Shown in pieces: positions 1 to 10,600 of a stretch of 64,000 nt of DNA. Position numbers and translations under genes: made by a program. The stretch covers positions 256,001 to 320,000 of the forward strand of contig CAVPBK010000009.1 of NCBI GenBank assembly GCA_963701855.1, given 5' to 3'. The notes beneath the pieces were generated by a model that saw only the letters and a list, made by a program, of their open reading frames with translations, was not told where the DNA came from and did no database searches. This DNA comes from Nitrospirota bacterium (GTDB lineage: Bacteria > Nitrospirota > Nitrospiria > Nitrospirales > Nitrospiraceae). Each line of letters starts with the position of its first letter. Position 1 is the stretch's first letter.

Positions 1-2622
1 GCCCGCCCCGTTGTCCCCGTGAAAGTATTCATAGAACAGAACGTGGTCGCGCCAGTGGGGATCGGATTGGAACTTTTCCGTGCCTCCATACACCGGGCGC
101 CGGCCGCGCTCGTCCCGCAGAAAGATTCGGCTCAGTCGATCCGCAATCTCCTTGGAGACCTCGAAAAGGTTCATCATCCTGCCGGACCCGGTGGGGCATT
201 CAATTTTAAAATTGTCGCCGTAGTAGAGATAGAAATTGTAGAGCGCCCGGATGATCATGGCGTTTACCGGCATCCAGACCGGTCCTCGCCAGTTCGAGTT
301 GCCGCCGAACATGCCGGTGTTCGACTCAGCCGGCAGGTAGTCCACCCGAAACTCCTGTCCTCCGACATGCAAGATGTACGGGTGCTGCTCGTGAAACTTG
401 GAGAGGGAGCGGATACCGTAGGGGCTCAGGAACTCGTTCTCGTCGAGCATCTTCGAGAGGATCCGGCGGAGCCGTTCCTGATTAACCAGGGCCATGATAC
501 CTCGCTCGTTCACTCCCAAATGCCCTATGCCTGTGGGGTGGATAGACTTGAACACCTCAGGCATCTGGCGGGCACGGGCCTGAAACGCCCTGGTCGTGTT
601 TGGAATGCGTTCCCGCTGCCACGCCTCGGTCACCGAGGTGGCGCACAGGGGCAGCAGCCCCACCATCGAACGCACTTTGAGCCGCTGCGCGCTGCCGTCC
701 GGCAGTCGCAGCATATCGTAGTAGAAGCCGTCCTCTTCGTCCCACATGCCCTCCGGCCCAGGCCTGTTCATCCCAGCGGCGATATAGAGGAAGTGCTCGA
801 TGAATTTCGTGACCATTTCTTCGTAGGCTGGGTCGTGGGGTACCAGCTCCACCGCCAACTCGCCCATGTTTTGGCTGAACAGTGCCATCCAGGCTGTGCC
901 GTCCGCCTGCTCCAGGTGGCCGCCGGTGGGCAGCGGAGCGCTCCGGTCGAAGATGCCGATGTTGTCCAGACCGAGGAACCCGCCTTCGAACACGTTCTTG
1001 CCGAACCGGTCCTTGCGGTTCACCCACCAGGTGAAGTTCAGCAAGAGCTTGTTGAAGGCCGACTTGAGAAATTCCACGTCTGCCTCGCCGCCAAGGGCTT
1101 GCTCGACGCGGTGGAGGAAGAGGGTCGCAAAGGCGTGGACCGGCGGGTTCACGTCGCTAAAGTTCCATTCATAGGCGGGAATCTGCCCATTTGGGTGCAG
1201 GTAGAGTCCATGAAACATCAGTTGCATCTGCTGCTTCGCGAAGTCCGGGTCCACGATCGCAAGCGGTATCGTGTGGAAGGCCAGGTCCCAGGCCGCGTAC
1301 CAGGGGTATTCCCACTTGTCCGGCATCGAGATGATGTCCTTGTTGACCATGTGGAACCATTCTGAGTTTCGAGAGGCCTGATAGCCGGCATGGAGAGGGT
1401 TGGAGTGGTGTTCCTCCAACCAGCTATCCCCGTCGAAGAAGAAGAACTGCTTGCTCCACAGCATGCCGGCGAGGGCCTGGCGCATCACGTTGGCCGCGTC
1501 CGGGGAGACGGACGGCGGGGTCACGGAGCGATAGAACTCGTCCGCCTCCTTGAGGCGGGCCGCAAAGGTCTTGGCAAACGCCGGCCCGAAGGGGGCGGTA
1601 GAGGCTTGGCTGGTGAGACGCAATCGCACCGTCATCGACTGGCCTGGCCCCACCATCTGCCGGTAGTGCGCCGAGGCCTTCGTGCCCTGGTGTTCAGGGT
1701 TCACCGCCGTCTGGCGACCCTGCACCACCGCGTCATTGATCCCGTCCTTGGAGTAGGGGCTGGCATTCGGTATTCCGGGAAAGAGCCGGTCGTTGTTCGT
1801 GGTGTTATCGCAAAAGAGCAGTGGCGCCTCGCCGTCGCAGTACAGATAGTACATGCCCAGGGTAGAATGCTGCGCCTCGATCGCCCTTGTGCCCACCGCG
1901 GCGTGGATCTGCTTGAGGTGTGGCCTCTCGGCTGCCCTATTGGATGGGGCAATCCAATATGCCCAATCGTTGCGAAACCACAGGGTTGGTAGAAGATGTA
2001 ATTCGGCCTGATCCGGCCCCCGGTTAACCGCGGTGATCTGCACCAGCATGTTGTCCGGGCCATCTTTGGCATATTCTACAAAGACGTCGAAGTAGCGGTC
2101 GTCATTGAAGATGCCGGTGTCGAGCAGTTCATACTCCATCTCGTTCCGGGTGCGGCGACGGTTCGTCTCTACCAGATCGGCATAGGGGAAGGCCGCCTGC
2201 GGATACTTGTAGAGATACTTCATATAGGAATGTGTCGGCGTGCTGTCGAGGTAGAAATAATATTCTTTGACGTCCTCCCCGTGGTTGCCTTCGCTGTTCG
2301 TCAGCCCGAAGAGCCGCTCCTTGAGGATCGGGTCCTTGCCGTTCCAGAGGGCGAGAGCAAAACAGAGGTTCTGTTGGGCATCGGAGATCCCGGCAATGCC
2401 GTCCTCGCCCCAGCGATAGGCGCGCGAGCGGGCCTGATCGTGGGTGAAGAAATTCCAGGCGTCCCCGTTGGGACTATAGTCTTCCCGCACGGTGCCCCAT
2501 TGGCGCTCGCTGAGGTAGGGACCCCAGTTCTTCCATGCCTCCTTTCCGTCGCGCGCCTCCTGGAGACGGCGAGATTCGTCATTGATCTTCTGAGCTTGGA
2601 GATCCTTTGCTGAGTCGGCCAT
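1..2622 (-). CDS. GH63/MGH1-like glycoside hydrolase (glucosidase), copy 1; 3' end runs off the window
   Basis: Missing from the ORF track because it is truncated. ATG at 2622 with GAGGAG upstream reads MADSAKDLQ...WKNWGPYLSERQWGTVREDY, and the same frame reads YFHGDNGAG at position 1. Paralog of 7551-10274. Confidence 0.9.
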   Translation of the reverse strand, partial: MADSAKDLQAQKINDESRRLQEARDGKEAWKNWGPYLSERQWGTVREDYSPNGDAWNFFTHDQARSRAYRWGEDGIAGISDAQQNLCFALALWNGKDPILKERLFGLTNSEGNHGEDVKEYYFYLDSTPTHSYMKYLYKYPQAAFPYADLVETNRRRTRNEMEYELLDTGIFNDDRYFDVFVEYAKDGPDNMLVQITAVNRGPDQAELHLLPTLWFRNDWAYWIAPSNRAAERPHLKQIHAAVGTRAIEAQHSTLGMYYLYCDGEAPLLFCDNTTNNDRLFPGIPNASPYSKDGINDAVVQGRQTAVNPEHQGTKASAHYRQMVGPGQSMTVRLRLTSQASTAPFGPAFAKTFAARLKEADEFYRSVTPPSVSPDAANVMRQALAGMLWSKQFFFFDGDSWLEEHHSNPLHAGYQASRNSEWFHMVNKDIISMPDKWEYPWYAAWDLAFHTIPLAIVDPDFAKQQMQLMFHGLYLHPNGQIPAYEWNFSDVNPPVHAFATLFLHRVEQALGGEADVEFLKSAFNKLLLNFTWWVNRKDRFGKNVFEGGFLGLDNIGIFDRSAPLPTGGHLEQADGTAWMALFSQNMGELAVELVPHDPAYEEMVTKFIEHFLYIAAGMNRPGPEGMWDEEDGFYYDMLRLPDGSAQRLKVRSMVGLLPLCATSVTEAWQRERIPNTTRAFQARARQMPEVFKSIHPTGIGHLGVNERGIMALVNQERLRRILSKMLDENEFLSPYGIRSLSKFHEQHPYILHVGGQEFRVDYLPAESNTGMFGGNSNWRGPVWMPVNAMIIRALYNFYLYYGDNFKIECPTGSGRMMNLFEVSKEIADRLSRIFLRDERGRRPVYGGTEKFQSDPHWRDHVLFYEYFHGDNGAG

Positions 2623-2644
2623 GTTCAGTCTCCTCAGATTATTT

Positions 2645-3460
2645 TCAATATTTCTCCGGGATAAACCGTTTGCCCTTCAACGTCGCCTCGTCATCGTATT
2701 TGCCCTTGTTCGATCGCTTGGGTATTTTTATTTTTTCACGCGGAAGCTTTTCGTAAGGAATCAGCGACAGCAAATGGGTAATGCAGTTAAGGCGCGCGCG
2801 CTTCTTATCATCCGACCGCAAGAGATACCACGGCGCATGCTTCGAGTCCGTGGCCTCCAGCATCCGGTCGCGTGCGCGGGAGTAGTCGTACCACCTCTCG
2901 CGTGACGGCAGGTCCATGGGACTGAGCTTCCACTGTCGCAACGGATCCTCGACGCGGGCCTCGAACCGCCGTTCCTGTTCCTCGTTGTTCACCTCAAGCC
3001 AATACTTGATCAGGATGATCCCGGCCCTCGTGATATACCCTTCGACGGTCGGGGCGAGCTCGAGGAAGGCTTCGTACTGTTCCTTGGTGCAGAAGCCCAT
3101 GACATGTTCGACCCCGGCACGGTTGTACCAACTGCGGTCGAAGATGACGATTTCCCCGGCCGCCGGGAAGTGTGCCATGTAACGTTGAATGTACATCTGG
3201 GTCTTCTCGCGGTCGGAGGGCGCTGGGAGCGCCACGAGGCGGAACACGCGTGGACTGACGCGTTCGGTGATGGCGCGGATGGTGCCGCCCTTTCCGGCGC
3301 CGTCGCGGCCCTCGAATACCACCATGATGCGTAGACCTTTGGCTTTCACCCAGGCCTGAAGGTGGCAAAGCTCGGCCTGGAGCCGGCGTAACTCCTTCTC
3401 GTATTCCTTGCGTTTCAGTTTTGAGTGAACCTTGTCTTCCTTCTCCTTGTCTTTTGCCAT
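2645..3460 (-). CDS. ppk2: polyphosphate kinase 2
   Basis: Walker A FEGRDGAGKGG, Walker B FDRSWYNRAGVE, lid WKLSPMD, DKKRARLN. Confidence 0.95.
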   Translation of the reverse strand: MAKDKEKEDKVHSKLKRKEYEKELRRLQAELCHLQAWVKAKGLRIMVVFEGRDGAGKGGTIRAITERVSPRVFRLVALPAPSDREKTQMYIQRYMAHFPAAGEIVIFDRSWYNRAGVEHVMGFCTKEQYEAFLELAPTVEGYITRAGIILIKYWLEVNNEEQERRFEARVEDPLRQWKLSPMDLPSRERWYDYSRARDRMLEATDSKHAPWYLLRSDDKKRARLNCITHLLSLIPYEKLPREKIKIPKRSNKGKYDDEATLKGKRFIPEKY

Positions 3461-3524
3461 CGTGTTCCCCCTCTCTAGTCATTTCAAACCAGCGGACTGA
3501 TTACCTTCCATGCACCTCTGTCAC

Positions 3525-5597
3525 TCATTCCGATCCCTGACTGGCGAACAACACCACCACAGAGCGCGCCTCGGCCCGATAGCTGTCGCCGGAAATCGGC
3601 GGAGCGGTTTGCCAGGGAATAATGTCCAGGGGCGAGTCGAGCCCTGTATCGATCCACCGGCGCCAGGGATTCGCGCTGCCATTGCTCACCGGAGGCAGCT
3701 CGAAATGAAGCGGCTCCCAGTACGCGTTCAGGATCATGTAGAACAGGCGCCGTTCTCTCTTTAACTCCGCGCTGACCGCCACGCTATGCGATTGCGGGCT
3801 CCAATCCGGCTGCCCGAGTTTGACTCCGTGCCAAGTTTTCTCCGCTTGCTGGAGCAGTTGAGTCAGACTCGTACGCTGACGCTCGTGCTCCACGTCCCGT
3901 AAGATCCGTCGTTCGTTAAGCAATGTGACGAATCGGTGGACATCGGCGTGTTCGGCGACCAGCGCCCAATCGAACCAATTCAATTCGTTGTCGTGGCAGT
4001 AGGCGTTGTTGTTTCCGCGCTGGGTACGCCGCACTTCGTCGCCCATGAGGATCATGGGCAGACCCACGGAAAGCAGCGTGACGGCCAGGAAGTTCTTCAC
4101 CTGCCGGTTCCGCAGCTTCTCCACTACCGGATCGTCCGCCGGACCCTCGACGCCGCAGTTCCAACTTCGATTGTCGTCGGCTCCGTCCCGGTTCTGCTCG
4201 TCGTTTGCCTCATTGTGCTTGTGGTCATAGGAGACAAGATCGTTGAGCGTGAACCCATCGTGACAGGTCACAAAGTTGACGCTCTGCTCTGGTTCGCGCT
4301 CCTCGTGTCCATACATCTCCGGGCTTCCGACCATGCGGTCGGCAAAGCGCGCCAAAGAACCCTCTTCACCCCGGAAGAAGCTGCGGGCATCGTCACGGAA
4401 CCGCCCGTTCCATTCTTTCCAACTGTCCCCGATGAAGCTGCCCACCTGGTAGAGCCCGGCCGCATCCCACGCTTCGGCGATAAACTTCACGCCCGCCATT
4501 GACGGGTCCGTTTCGATATCCCACAGTACCGGCGGGTTCTCCATCACCACGCCAGACTCGCCCCGCGCGAGGATCGACGCGAGATCGAACCGGAACCCGT
4601 CCACGTGCATCTCCTCGACCCAATAACGGAGACTGTCCACGATCATGCGGCGGACGATCGGATGGTTGGCGTTGAGCGTGTTTCCCGTGCCGGTGTAGTT
4701 GGCATAGCGCGAACGGTCCTGCTCAAGGATGTAGTACGTCTTATTGTCCAGACCGCGGAAGCTCAGAGTCGGCCCGCGGTGGTCGCCTTCCGCCGTGTGG
4801 TTGAACACGACGTCGAGTATGACCTCGATGCCCGCCCGGTGCAGCGCCTTGACCATGTCGCGAAACTCGTCCACCGGGCCGAGCGGATCCTGGCGCGAAC
4901 TGTAGGCTGGATGAGGCGCGAAAAACGAAACCGGCGCATAGCCCCAGTAATTGATCTTTCCCGGCGGACAATCCTGGGCATCGAACTGGAACACCGGCAA
5001 CAGTTCGACGGCTGTGATGCCGAGTTGCTGGAGATAGGGTATCTTCTCGATCAGGCCGGCATAGGTGCCCCGTCTGTTCTCAGCGACGCCGGAACTGGGA
5101 TGGCGGGTGAATCCGCGCACGTGCATCTCGTAAACGATGGTCCGAGCGGAGGACCGCTTCAGCAGCGCATCGCCTTCCCAATCGTACGCCGACGGATCCA
5201 CTACCACACTCTTCATCGCCATCGCCGTATTGTCGCCTTCTCGACGAGCCGCGTCACGGCTGTAGTCTTTCGGCAGAACGACGCCGCGGCCATATGGATC
5301 GAGCAGCACTTTGGTCGCATCAAAACGCATCCCTTGAGCGGGATCACAGGGGCCTTGAGCGCGATAACCGTAAATCTGTCCCGGCCGTATGCCCGGCTGG
5401 AACACATGCCAGTAGTGGTAGGTGCGATTGGTGACGGGATCAAGACTAATCACGCGCGCTGGCTTGGCGTCATCCGGCCGGTCAAAGAACAGTAACTCCA
5501 CGCCCGTCGCGTCACGCGAGAACAGGCTGAAATTGACGCCGCCATGGCCGACGGTCGCGCCAAGAGGTGAAGAGCTACCGGTCGCCTGCATGGTCAT
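3525..5597 (-). CDS. glgX: glycogen debranching enzyme (isoamylase, GH13)
   Basis: Motifs YEMHVRGFT, NYWGY, DVVFNHT, DGFRFDLA, EAWD, HDGFTLND, GNNNAYC; start trimmed to ATG 5597. Confidence 0.95.
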   Translation of the reverse strand: MTMQATGSSSPLGATVGHGGVNFSLFSRDATGVELLFFDRPDDAKPARVISLDPVTNRTYHYWHVFQPGIRPGQIYGYRAQGPCDPAQGMRFDATKVLLDPYGRGVVLPKDYSRDAARREGDNTAMAMKSVVVDPSAYDWEGDALLKRSSARTIVYEMHVRGFTRHPSSGVAENRRGTYAGLIEKIPYLQQLGITAVELLPVFQFDAQDCPPGKINYWGYAPVSFFAPHPAYSSRQDPLGPVDEFRDMVKALHRAGIEVILDVVFNHTAEGDHRGPTLSFRGLDNKTYYILEQDRSRYANYTGTGNTLNANHPIVRRMIVDSLRYWVEEMHVDGFRFDLASILARGESGVVMENPPVLWDIETDPSMAGVKFIAEAWDAAGLYQVGSFIGDSWKEWNGRFRDDARSFFRGEEGSLARFADRMVGSPEMYGHEEREPEQSVNFVTCHDGFTLNDLVSYDHKHNEANDEQNRDGADDNRSWNCGVEGPADDPVVEKLRNRQVKNFLAVTLLSVGLPMILMGDEVRRTQRGNNNAYCHDNELNWFDWALVAEHADVHRFVTLLNERRILRDVEHERQRTSLTQLLQQAEKTWHGVKLGQPDWSPQSHSVAVSAELKRERRLFYMILNAYWEPLHFELPPVSNGSANPWRRWIDTGLDSPLDIIPWQTAPPISGDSYRAEARSVVVLFASQGSE

Positions 5598-5737
5598 CTC
5601 TCTCGTGGCCCACCCAGGTACAATTCTCACCTCTTCCAGAAAACACCCAGCTTCGGAACCTTGAGACACCGGATTAGCACGGCGCGCATAGTACCTGCTT
5701 CAATGGTCACTTGTCAGCACAACTCGGTCACACAAGT

Positions 5738-5768
5738 AAAAAGCCCTCCTTTTGGGGGGGGTCTTTTC
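5738..5768. terminator. possible intrinsic terminator hairpin
   Basis: AAAAAGCCCTCC-TTTT-GGGGGGGGTCTTTT, GC stem flanked by A/T tracts; stem imperfect. Confidence 0.35.
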
Positions 5769-5937
5769 TTCCTCCGCTATGCTACAGACTGCCATTCTTC
5801 CCTGCTCTTCCGAGCGGCGTATCCTGGCAGATCGATCTTCGCGACTAAAATGTGCTGGCACTTGGCCCTTTAGTGTTCTTGGCCAAAACAATTCCCCGGC
5901 ACGAAACCGTCACGATAGTCAGGAGGTGCTAGCCTCC

Positions 5938-6876
5938 CTATGGCTTAACCTCTCCGATGACCTGGGAGAGATCCCTCGGATACAGCACGATCTCGATTCG
6001 CCGGTTCTCCGTCCGTCCGTCCTCCGTGTCGTTACCGGCCACCGGTCTGGTATCCGCAAAGCCGACCGCCTCAAGACTCTCCCGACTCACGCCGCCACGA
6101 TCGATGAAGAATCGCACGACATTCGTGGCACGGGCGGTGGACAACTCCCAATTTGTGGGAAATTTATCCCGGATTTTCAGCCCGATCGGCACGTTGTCCG
6201 TATGTCCCTCGATCCGGATTTGCTTATCGGTCACGTTCTTGAGGACATCGCTGACTTGCGTGAGGATTTTCAGCCCGGCCGGTTTCACCTGAGCCTGACC
6301 GGAGTTAAACAGCACTTTTTCGACCATGTTGATCGTCAGCCGATCGCGCACCTGCTTGATCGTGATATCACCGCGTTCGATTTCAGCCTGTAGTGACTTG
6401 CTCAACTCCTGCTGGGTTCTGGTCAGCCGCTCAATCTCAGCTTCCTTGGCAGCCCGCTCCTTCTCTAGGCGCTCCTTCTCAGCGGCGAGCGCTTCCCCGC
6501 CTTGCTGTAGCCGGGTAACCGTAGCCTTCTCGGCCTGCAGTCTCTGTTCCAGATCATTCGCCTTTGCCTCCATTTCCTTCCGGCTGGCTAAGGCCTGATT
6601 CAGGTTTGCCGTCGTCCGATCAAGATCGCCTTGGGTATTGGCCGACACAGTCTTGGCAGACAGCAGATCATTCGAAAGCTTGGTCTTGTCCGCCTCAAGC
6701 CCGGCTATCTGCCCTGTTGCTTGCTTCTTATAAGCCTCGAACTCCCCCGCTGTCTTGGTTAAGGCCTTCTGTGCCTGTTCAAGCTCCGTCAGAGTCGCCA
6801 CATGGGTGCTTTTCGTGACGCACCCCGCCAACATTGCCCCGCATACGATGATGACCCCCAGAATTCTATATCTCAT
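5938..6876 (-). CDS. OmpA/MotB-family lipoprotein with coiled-coil linker
   Basis: RBS GAAGGAGG before ATG 6876; lipobox LAGC; heptad-rich middle; C-terminal EGHTDN..NWELSTARA..NRRIEI. Confidence 0.9.
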   Translation of the reverse strand: MRYRILGVIIVCGAMLAGCVTKSTHVATLTELEQAQKALTKTAGEFEAYKKQATGQIAGLEADKTKLSNDLLSAKTVSANTQGDLDRTTANLNQALASRKEMEAKANDLEQRLQAEKATVTRLQQGGEALAAEKERLEKERAAKEAEIERLTRTQQELSKSLQAEIERGDITIKQVRDRLTINMVEKVLFNSGQAQVKPAGLKILTQVSDVLKNVTDKQIRIEGHTDNVPIGLKIRDKFPTNWELSTARATNVVRFFIDRGGVSRESLEAVGFADTRPVAGNDTEDGRTENRRIEIVLYPRDLSQVIGEVKP

Positions 6877-7550
6877 GAGCTTCCTCCTTCGTTTGGCTTC
6901 GTCAAACAAGAAACCGGCTATACATTTTCAAATGGGCCCAAGACATCCATCGGCAGCATATGTCACGGCCGACGGTCGCACTTCCGCAAACAGCAACCGT
7001 GTGCTTGCCACACGGATATTTACCGACGGGTGCACGTCCTATGCCGTTACACCGCTCAAAGGATAGAACCATTACATAAAAAACAACTAGTATTTATATC
7101 CATCAAGGGCTTGATCTCGAAGCAAGGGCAATCCATTGAGGCATTTCGGGACAAACTTTTTTGGTTATCTGGTGACTTTTGCAACAGCAAGAGGGAACTT
7201 CTTCGAGATCAGGCCGACAGTAAGGACCGCGCTCACATGGCGGGCGCGACGATATTCACCCTTCTGTCGTGCGACAACCTCAATGCGGCTCAATCAGAAA
7301 TGCTGTGACACGGTCGTGCAGATCGTTTTCGCTGATGATTTTGTTTTTGACACTCGCTATACTGCTGCCTCTTTATGAGCCTTGACCAACGAAATACATC
7401 TGAGCGCATTCACAAACGCTGCTTCCTTCCCGACATCTTTACGGTTACCACCCTCGCAATGCCGCTGTTGGCAAGAGTCGGTTGTCTTATGCTCAAGGGA
7501 TCGATCTGCGTTGAGCAACGCGCCTGCTACGAAAACTGATGGAGGAATTG

Positions 7551-10274
7551 ATGGCACAAACCCCTGAGCACGATCGTTTGTCAAAGGATGGCCTCAACTG
7601 GAAGCACTGGGGTCCCTATCTGAGCGAGCGGCAGTGGGGCACTGTGCGGGAGGATTACAGCCAGGACGGCAATGCGTGGGACTACTTCAGCCATGACCAG
7701 GCGCGATCGCGCGCGTATCGTTGGGGTGAGGACGGTATCGCCGGGATCTCCGACAAACATCAAATATTGTGTTTCTCGCTGGCCCTCTGGAACGGCAAGG
7801 ACTCGATCCTCAAAGAACGGCTGTTCGGCCTGACCAATAGCGAAGGCAACCATGGAGAAGACGTCAAGGAGTACTATTTCTATCTCGACAGCACCCCGAC
7901 GCATTCCTACATGAAGTATCTCTACAAGTATCCGCAGGCGGCTTTTCCTTATGCCGACCTCGTTGACACGAACCGCAGCCGGAACCGCCAGGACATGGAG
8001 TATGAATTGCTCGACACGGGCTTGTTTGATCAGGATCGCTACTTCGATGTTCTTGTCGAGTACGCGAAGGAATCCCCCGACGACATCCTCATCAAGATCA
8101 CCGTCTGCAACCGAGGGAAAGAGGGGGCAGCGTTGCACCTCCTGCCGACACTATTGTTTCGCAACACCTGGTCTTGGCCGAAAGGCGGGTCGAAGCCTGT
8201 GCTCAAGTCGGTCAAGGAAGCAAAACACAGCGTGATTCACGCGCAGCATACCGATCCTTTGTTCCTGGAATCCCTGGCCGACTCCTATCTCTACTGCGAT
8301 GGCAAAGTGCCGTTGCTGTTCACCGAGAACGAAACCAACCAGCAGCGTATCTTCGGCGCTCCCAACCGATCTCCCTATGTGAAGGACGGCATCCACAATT
8401 ATATCGTCCACGGACAGAAGGACGCGGTGAATCCAGATGGGGTCGGGACTAAGGTATCGCCCCATTACCAACTGACTGTCGGTCCGGGAGCCAGCCAGGT
8501 CGTCCGGCTCCGTCTGACGAGAACTGCACCAGACGAGCTCCGCGATCCGTTCGGGACGTTCGACGCGGCAATGAACGAGCGGCTCAAGGAGGCGGACGAG
8601 TTCTATGACGCCCTGACCCCGCCGGCTCTCAAGGCGGATCGCGACCGCACCAACCTCATGCGCCAGGCCTTCGCCGGAATGCTCTGGACCAAACAGTACT
8701 ACTACTTCGACGCAGACCAGTGGCTGGAGGAACATCACGCACATCCGCTGCACCGGGGAAGCCAACAAGCGACCCGCAATCGCGAGTGGTTCCACATGGT
8801 CAACGACGATGTCATCTCGATGCCGGACAAGTGGGAGTATCCATGGTACGCAGCCTGGGACCTGGCATTCCATACGGTCGCTCTTACGGGCGTAGATCCT
8901 GATTTCGCCATGCAGCAGCTCAAGCTGATGCTCAGCCAGCACTATCTCCATCCCAACGGCCAGATTCCGGCCTACGAGTGGAACTTCAGCGATGTGAATC
9001 CGCCCGTCCATGCCTGGGCAACGCTGTTTCTCACCCGCCGCCAGATTTCGCAAAACGAGGAACTGAACTGGGATTTTCTCAAGTCGGCCTTTTCGAAGCT
9101 GCTCCTGAACTTTACCTGGTGGATCAACCGCAAAGACCGGTTCGGGAAGAACGTGTTTGAGGGGGGCTTCCTCGGACTCGACAACATCGGCATCTTCGAC
9201 CGGAGCGCCCCGCTGCCCACCGGTGGCCACCTGGAGCAAGCGGACGGTACAGCCTGGATGGCCTTCTTCAGCCAGAACATGGCGGAGCTCGCAATAATTC
9301 TGGCCGGTCACGATCCTGTCTACGATGAGATGGCCGCGAAGTTCTCGGAACACTTCCTCTGGATCGCGGCGGCAATGAACCAGCCTGGTGAGGACGGGAT
9401 GTGGGACGAGGAAGACGGCTTCTACTACGACATCCTTCGCACTCCCGACGGAAAAGCTACGAAGCTCAAAGTGCGATCTATGGTAGGACTGCTCCCGTTG
9501 TGCGCCACAACTGTCATCGAGCCCTGGCAACGAGCACTGATTCCCAAAACGATCGCGTCAAATCGCGAACGCATCAAGAAGATGCCGGAGCTGCTCAAAA
9601 CCATTCACCCAACAGGCCCGGGGCATTTCGGAGTCGGCGAGCGAGGCATCGTGGCCCTGGTCGATCAGGAGCGGCTCCGCCGGATCCTCTCGAAGATGCT
9701 CGACGAGAATGAGTTCCTGAGTCCCTACGGCATTCGTTCACTCTCCAAGTTCCACGAAAAGCACCCGTATGTTTTCCACGTCGGCGGCCAGGAATACCGG
9801 GTGGATTATTTGCCGGGGGAGTCGAACAGCGGCATGTTCGGCGGCAACTCCAACTGGCGAGGACCGATCTGGGTGCCGGTGAACACCCTCATCATCCGGG
9901 CGCTGGTAAACTTTTACCTGTATTATGGGGACAACTTCAAAATCGAATGCCCAACCGGGTCCGGTCGCATGATGAATCTATTTGAAGTTGCCAAGGAGAT
10001 CATGGAACGGCTCGCGCGAATCTTCCTGCGCGATAGCAGTGGACACCGACCTGTGTATGGAGGCACGGAAAAGTTCCAATCCGACCCCCACTGGCGGGAC
10101 CACCTCCTCTTTTACGAATACTTCCACGGCGACAACGGGGCGGGGCTTGGGGCGAGTCACCAGACCGGCTGGACCGGACTGGTAGGCGGGCTCATGCGGC
10201 TGCTCGGCGCGACAGATGCCGAGCAGCTTCTCAAAGGCGGTAACATTGCGATCGTGAAGAGTCTCAAGCGATGA
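7551..10274 (+). CDS. GH63/MGH1-like glycoside hydrolase (glucosidase), copy 2
   Basis: RBS GGAGG; motifs WGPYLSERQWG, MPDKWEYPWYAAWDLAFH, GGNSNWRGPIW, FYEYFHGDNGAGLGASHQTGWT. Confidence 0.92.
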   Translation: MAQTPEHDRLSKDGLNWKHWGPYLSERQWGTVREDYSQDGNAWDYFSHDQARSRAYRWGEDGIAGISDKHQILCFSLALWNGKDSILKERLFGLTNSEGNHGEDVKEYYFYLDSTPTHSYMKYLYKYPQAAFPYADLVDTNRSRNRQDMEYELLDTGLFDQDRYFDVLVEYAKESPDDILIKITVCNRGKEGAALHLLPTLLFRNTWSWPKGGSKPVLKSVKEAKHSVIHAQHTDPLFLESLADSYLYCDGKVPLLFTENETNQQRIFGAPNRSPYVKDGIHNYIVHGQKDAVNPDGVGTKVSPHYQLTVGPGASQVVRLRLTRTAPDELRDPFGTFDAAMNERLKEADEFYDALTPPALKADRDRTNLMRQAFAGMLWTKQYYYFDADQWLEEHHAHPLHRGSQQATRNREWFHMVNDDVISMPDKWEYPWYAAWDLAFHTVALTGVDPDFAMQQLKLMLSQHYLHPNGQIPAYEWNFSDVNPPVHAWATLFLTRRQISQNEELNWDFLKSAFSKLLLNFTWWINRKDRFGKNVFEGGFLGLDNIGIFDRSAPLPTGGHLEQADGTAWMAFFSQNMAELAIILAGHDPVYDEMAAKFSEHFLWIAAAMNQPGEDGMWDEEDGFYYDILRTPDGKATKLKVRSMVGLLPLCATTVIEPWQRALIPKTIASNRERIKKMPELLKTIHPTGPGHFGVGERGIVALVDQERLRRILSKMLDENEFLSPYGIRSLSKFHEKHPYVFHVGGQEYRVDYLPGESNSGMFGGNSNWRGPIWVPVNTLIIRALVNFYLYYGDNFKIECPTGSGRMMNLFEVAKEIMERLARIFLRDSSGHRPVYGGTEKFQSDPHWRDHLLFYEYFHGDNGAGLGASHQTGWTGLVGGLMRLLGATDAEQLLKGGNIAIVKSLKR

Positions 10275-10430
10275 GCATGAAAGTCTGACCTGGTCATCCC
10301 CTGATCTATCAGATCAACACCCGCGTCTGGTTGACTGGATTCTCCTGGACCCTTGGCCGGACAGCGACGCTCGACGACATCCCGGATTCCGAGCTGACCG
10401 ATGGGTGCTGGATGGGCTTCGCCTGGACGG
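10271..10430 (+). pseudogene. N-terminal relic of a GH13 alpha-amylase-like gene
   Basis: ATGA overlap with the GH63 stop; frame reads MSMKV*PGHPLIYQINTRVWLTGFSWTLGRTATLDDIPDSEL..MGF, with an internal TGA and loss of similarity after about 50 codons. Confidence 0.65.
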
Positions 10431-10600
10431 TGCGAGCTGGTGTGCGCTGGATGTTCGGAACACCACTGATTCCGCAGTCGTTTTTTCCACGCTTCGCTTG
10501 GCCTTCCTGCCAGCTCCAGATGACACGCATCGCGCGCTCTTTTGCTCTTGCAGATCAACAGGCGTATTGAGATATCTCCTTATTCTCGCCGATCAGCATA

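Noticed and set aside
19..2613. Long plus-strand ORFs 19-1365, 1390-1992 and 2230-2613
   Set aside because: Codon-aligned antisense shadows of the minus-strand GH63 gene; no motifs of their own
7109..7126. FNR box upstream of GH63 copy 2
   Set aside because: TTGAT-CTCGA-AGCAA has wrong spacing and a mismatched half-site
10286..10288. Selenocysteine or readthrough at the in-frame TGA of the amylase stub
   Set aside because: The gene is truncated anyway and the position is non-catalytic
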